From the IMG/VR virus record IMGVR_UViG_3300037791_000022, positions 1-30,487 of that record: DNA of 30,487 bases; one strand, given 5' to 3'. Positions within the stretch are counted from its first letter, which is position 1. Each line of letters starts with the position of its first letter. This document shows positions 27,510-30,487 of this stretch, piece after piece. Under the pieces are notes generated by a model. The model saw nothing but the letters and a program-made list of their open reading frames with translations. It was not told the DNA's origin and made no database searches. The position numbers were made by a program, and so were the translations under genes. Origin of the DNA: a virus. Taxonomy: Duplodnaviria; Caudoviricetes.

Positions 27510-29867
27510 ATGCACGGTTTTTCCTCACTCGCCAGCATGGGTGCCCTCCTCGACGCGACAGCCAGCCGCTGGACTGCAATGCCTGATAAGATCGCCGTGA
27601 GAGATGGTGATCGGGCGCTCTCCTTTGTCCAGATGGACAGTCGGGCCAATGTGATTGCGCGCAGGCTTGTCGCCAATGGTCTGGGTGTCGGCGACTTCGT
27701 GGGGTATCTTGGCCCGACAGGAATTCCCTTCATCGTGACATTCTGGGCATGTCTGAAAGCCGGAATGACATTCACACCGATCAGCCCGAGGTTCCCCGAT
27801 AAAAGCGTCGTCGATATCCTGCGCACCGCAAAAGCCAAGGCTTTCGTGTCAGAGCGCAATCTGCCCGATGCCCTGGCAAAAAAGATCTGTCAAATCGGCC
27901 TGCCCGACGACAGCGAAGATCGGCGGCCATACCTCTCCACAGAGGTACCGGAGACCGTTCTAGCGGCAGTGGGGACCACTTCGGGCAGCACGGGAATCCC
28001 AAAAATCTCGGGAGAAACCAGGGAAATCAAGGCGACGGTCGCCCTGCAATATATCGAACTGACCGGGTTGAATGAGCGCTCGATCTTCGGTCATTGCGGG
28101 ACATTGTCGGTTCCGTGGGTGCTGGCTGCCCTCCACGCCGGAGCCTGCATCACCTGCCATGATGCAACGTCTGGCTCGTCCCAGGCTCTTTTTGACTGGC
28201 TGAAAGCAGACAATGTCACACATTGGCACAATTATCCCGCCCTCTTCCGAACCTTGTCGGACATAGACGACAGCTTGCCCGACCTGAACACGCTGGTCTT
28301 GTGCGGCGAACCAATCTTCAAGAATGATTTCGATTTATTTCAACGACTTACCAAACCCGGAGCGGCCCTTCTGAATGTCTATGCCCAGCAGGAATATTCG
28401 CTGGGCTCCTGCTTCAAGATCCATAACGGAGAGCATTTTGCCTTCGACAAGATCCCGCTGGGGCGGGTCATTGGCGAAAATGACATGAAACTCCTCGATG
28501 ATAATGGAGAGCCGGTTGGAGCAGGCGGGATCGGGGAAATCACGCACCGTTCATTGAGGGTGCCAGAAGGATATGTCGGCAATCCCGAACGCAGCGCACA
28601 AGCCTTTTCGACGGATGCCGACGGGGTCCGCAGTTTTGCGACAGGCGATCTTGGCTATTTCGACCACGACGGCCTACTGCATTTTGTCGGTCGCGTGGAT
28701 GATCGGATCAAGATTCGGAATTTCAACATCTACCCGGCAGATATCGAACAGGAGATCAAACCGCATCCGGGGATCAGCGCGGTCGCCGTGGCGGTCAGGC
28801 ATTGCGCCCGCGGCCTGCCGCGGCTGGCCTGCTTCTATGAGGGAAGCGTGACACCTGAAGAGCTGAAGGAATGGCTCTGCAATCGGATTCCCGCTTTCAT
28901 GATTCCGCAATTTTTCGTGCCGATGGAGACATTGCCAAGAACGGTGACGGGCAAGTTGCAGCGCAATCGGCTGGAGCTACCGCAAAAGGTCTCGGATATC
29001 GAATCCGTCCCCGCCCAAACCCCCGTTGAACAAACCCTGGTGGAAATCTTTGAGGGTGTACTGGGCCATAAGGACTTCGGCACGACTGACAACTTCTTCG
29101 ACGTCGGTGGAGACAGCCTGCGGGCGATGGAACTGCTCATGCACATCCACCAGCGTTTCAGCCGCAATCTGACGCTCGACCAGATCATCATGGCGGGCGC
29201 AAGCATCCAGCGTATCGCTGAGCTGATCGGCACCCCTGCAGAGAAATCGCAACTTCGCCTGCTAAAACCCGGAAAAGGCGCAGCCCATGTCGTGGTGTGC
29301 CATGTTCATGGGGGTGGCGTGACGGACTACTTGGAGTTTGCACGCGCCATGAAGGAAAGTATCCGGGTCTCAGGAATCTGCGCCGATTATTCACAGCGCA
29401 AGCGATCCTATCCGGTCCGACAGAAGGCACGGGAAGCCGTGGACCATATCCCGGACGATCCGGCGACCGTAATAATGGGCTATAGCTACGGCGCACGTAT
29501 TGCATTCGAGATTGCCCAACTACGCGCCACAGGTGGGCGGATTGTGCTGGTGGACCCGATCGGGCCGTTCAGCAGCAAGTTGCTACCCTGGCTCGAAAAT
29601 GCGGCAGGGAGGCTTTTTGCACCGCGCCCCGACCTTGGGCTGGAGGGAAATTACCTTGGAGACTTCACCTACCGACCAAGGCCCTTGACGACCGAGAAGG
29701 CGCTATTGATCACCTGCGAAACCTCTCATGCGAAGGATATCGCAGGCTGGACCGCCGCGTTGGACGGGCCGGTAGAGGTCTTCAACGTTCCCGGCAACCA
29801 CTGGGACATCCTGCGCGGGTCCAATGCCATCGAGATTGCGCGCAAGGTGAAAAACTGGCTGTCTTAG
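27510..29867 (+). CDS. Stand-alone NRPS-like enzyme (adenylation-thiolation-thioesterase)
   Basis: A domain TTSGSTGIPK, TGDLG, GRVDDRIKIR, LPRTVTGKLQR; carrier NFFDVGGDSL; thioesterase GYSYG and GNHW. Start uncertain (27510 or 27537). Confidence 0.88.
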   Translation: MHGFSSLASMGALLDATASRWTAMPDKIAVRDGDRALSFVQMDSRANVIARRLVANGLGVGDFVGYLGPTGIPFIVTFWACLKAGMTFTPISPRFPDKSVVDILRTAKAKAFVSERNLPDALAKKICQIGLPDDSEDRRPYLSTEVPETVLAAVGTTSGSTGIPKISGETREIKATVALQYIELTGLNERSIFGHCGTLSVPWVLAALHAGACITCHDATSGSSQALFDWLKADNVTHWHNYPALFRTLSDIDDSLPDLNTLVLCGEPIFKNDFDLFQRLTKPGAALLNVYAQQEYSLGSCFKIHNGEHFAFDKIPLGRVIGENDMKLLDDNGEPVGAGGIGEITHRSLRVPEGYVGNPERSAQAFSTDADGVRSFATGDLGYFDHDGLLHFVGRVDDRIKIRNFNIYPADIEQEIKPHPGISAVAVAVRHCARGLPRLACFYEGSVTPEELKEWLCNRIPAFMIPQFFVPMETLPRTVTGKLQRNRLELPQKVSDIESVPAQTPVEQTLVEIFEGVLGHKDFGTTDNFFDVGGDSLRAMELLMHIHQRFSRNLTLDQIIMAGASIQRIAELIGTPAEKSQLRLLKPGKGAAHVVVCHVHGGGVTDYLEFARAMKESIRVSGICADYSQRKRSYPVRQKAREAVDHIPDDPATVIMGYSYGARIAFEIAQLRATGGRIVLVDPIGPFSSKLLPWLENAAGRLFAPRPDLGLEGNYLGDFTYRPRPLTTEKALLITCETSHAKDIAGWTAALDGPVEVFNVPGNHWDILRGSNAIEIARKVKNWLS

Positions 29868-29877
29868 GCGGCAAGGC

Positions 29878-30486
29878 TCAGACCGCATGGACCTCGAATG
29901 AGACCAGTTCCATCGTTGTGAGCCCCTGCGGACCTTCCCAGCTGAGCCGGGTCGGCCCGCGCTTGGCCTCGAGCTGCAGTCGCAGGATGTTCTCCCGGCC
30001 CTTCCCACGCAGCCGGTATTTCGCGGTGATATCCGCACTCTGCGCGCCCGACAGCTGCTCCAACCGCAAGGCGACCTCGGTCAGCGGCGCACCGACGAGC
30101 GGCGTCACGAGATCCCGCAGGGAGCGCCTGTTCGATGCGGTCGGCAGGTAGAGGGCATCCTCCCACTCAACCCCCCTGTAGGCCGCATAAGGTATGGTCG
30201 ACATCGCGATGGCCAAAGCTGCGATCAGCCCACTTTGATCTGCCGCGACACTGACGACACGAAATGCGTCGATATCCAGCTCCGCCTCGAGGAAATCACC
30301 GTCCCGGCTTTCCATTCGGAACAGCCCGTCCTGCGTGAACCGTGTGGTGATCAGGAAAGATCCGGATACAGTCGATTTTCCGGGTCGATCAGAGCTGATC
30401 GTCCAGACCGCCCGTCCGGGAAGCATGCCGGTAACAAGGTCGTGCATGTCAGTGTTTACCGATGCAGCGGCGATGATGTCCCTCTC
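29878..30486 (-). CDS. Hypothetical protein, probably 5'-truncated by window edge
   Basis: Frame stays open from the listed ATG (30447) to the window end; convergent with the NRPS-like gene. Confidence 0.6.
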   Translation of the reverse strand, partial: ERDIIAAASVNTDMHDLVTGMLPGRAVWTISSDRPGKSTVSGSFLITTRFTQDGLFRMESRDGDFLEAELDIDAFRVVSVAADQSGLIAALAIAMSTIPYAAYRGVEWEDALYLPTASNRRSLRDLVTPLVGAPLTEVALRLEQLSGAQSADITAKYRLRGKGRENILRLQLEAKRGPTRLSWEGPQGLTTMELVSFEVHAV

Positions 30487-30487
30487 T

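Overview
GC-rich alphaproteobacterial chromosome, most likely Rhodobacteraceae/Roseobacter group (inferred from gene content). Left flank (1-9038): 5'-truncated carB, an XRE-luxR-luxI quorum-sensing cluster, a 7TM sensor histidine kinase, an acyl-CoA dehydrogenase and tRNA-Gln(TTG). An 18,303-bp element is integrated at the tRNA 3' end, bounded by an exact 22-bp direct repeat (9022-9043 / 27325-27346). It carries a tyrosine integrase, a complete HK97-type head and packaging set (portal, protease-capsid fusion, HNH, TerS, TerL, connectors) and only part of a siphophage tail (two tail chaperones, HK97-gp10, tail terminator, tape measure, gpM-like distal tail). I could not recognise a tail tube, tail tip/fibre, lysis gene, CI repressor or replication initiator. 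It also has an iteron/AT-rich origin-like region, a cos-like site, an NgoMIV-type restriction-modification pair and two opposite-strand cargo genes. The best reading is an intact, helper-dependent phage satellite with scrambled gene order that builds its own head and sets its own tail length. Right flank: a stand-alone A-T-TE NRPS-like gene and a 5'-truncated unknown ORF. Family assignments come from motif recognition by eye; no searches were run.
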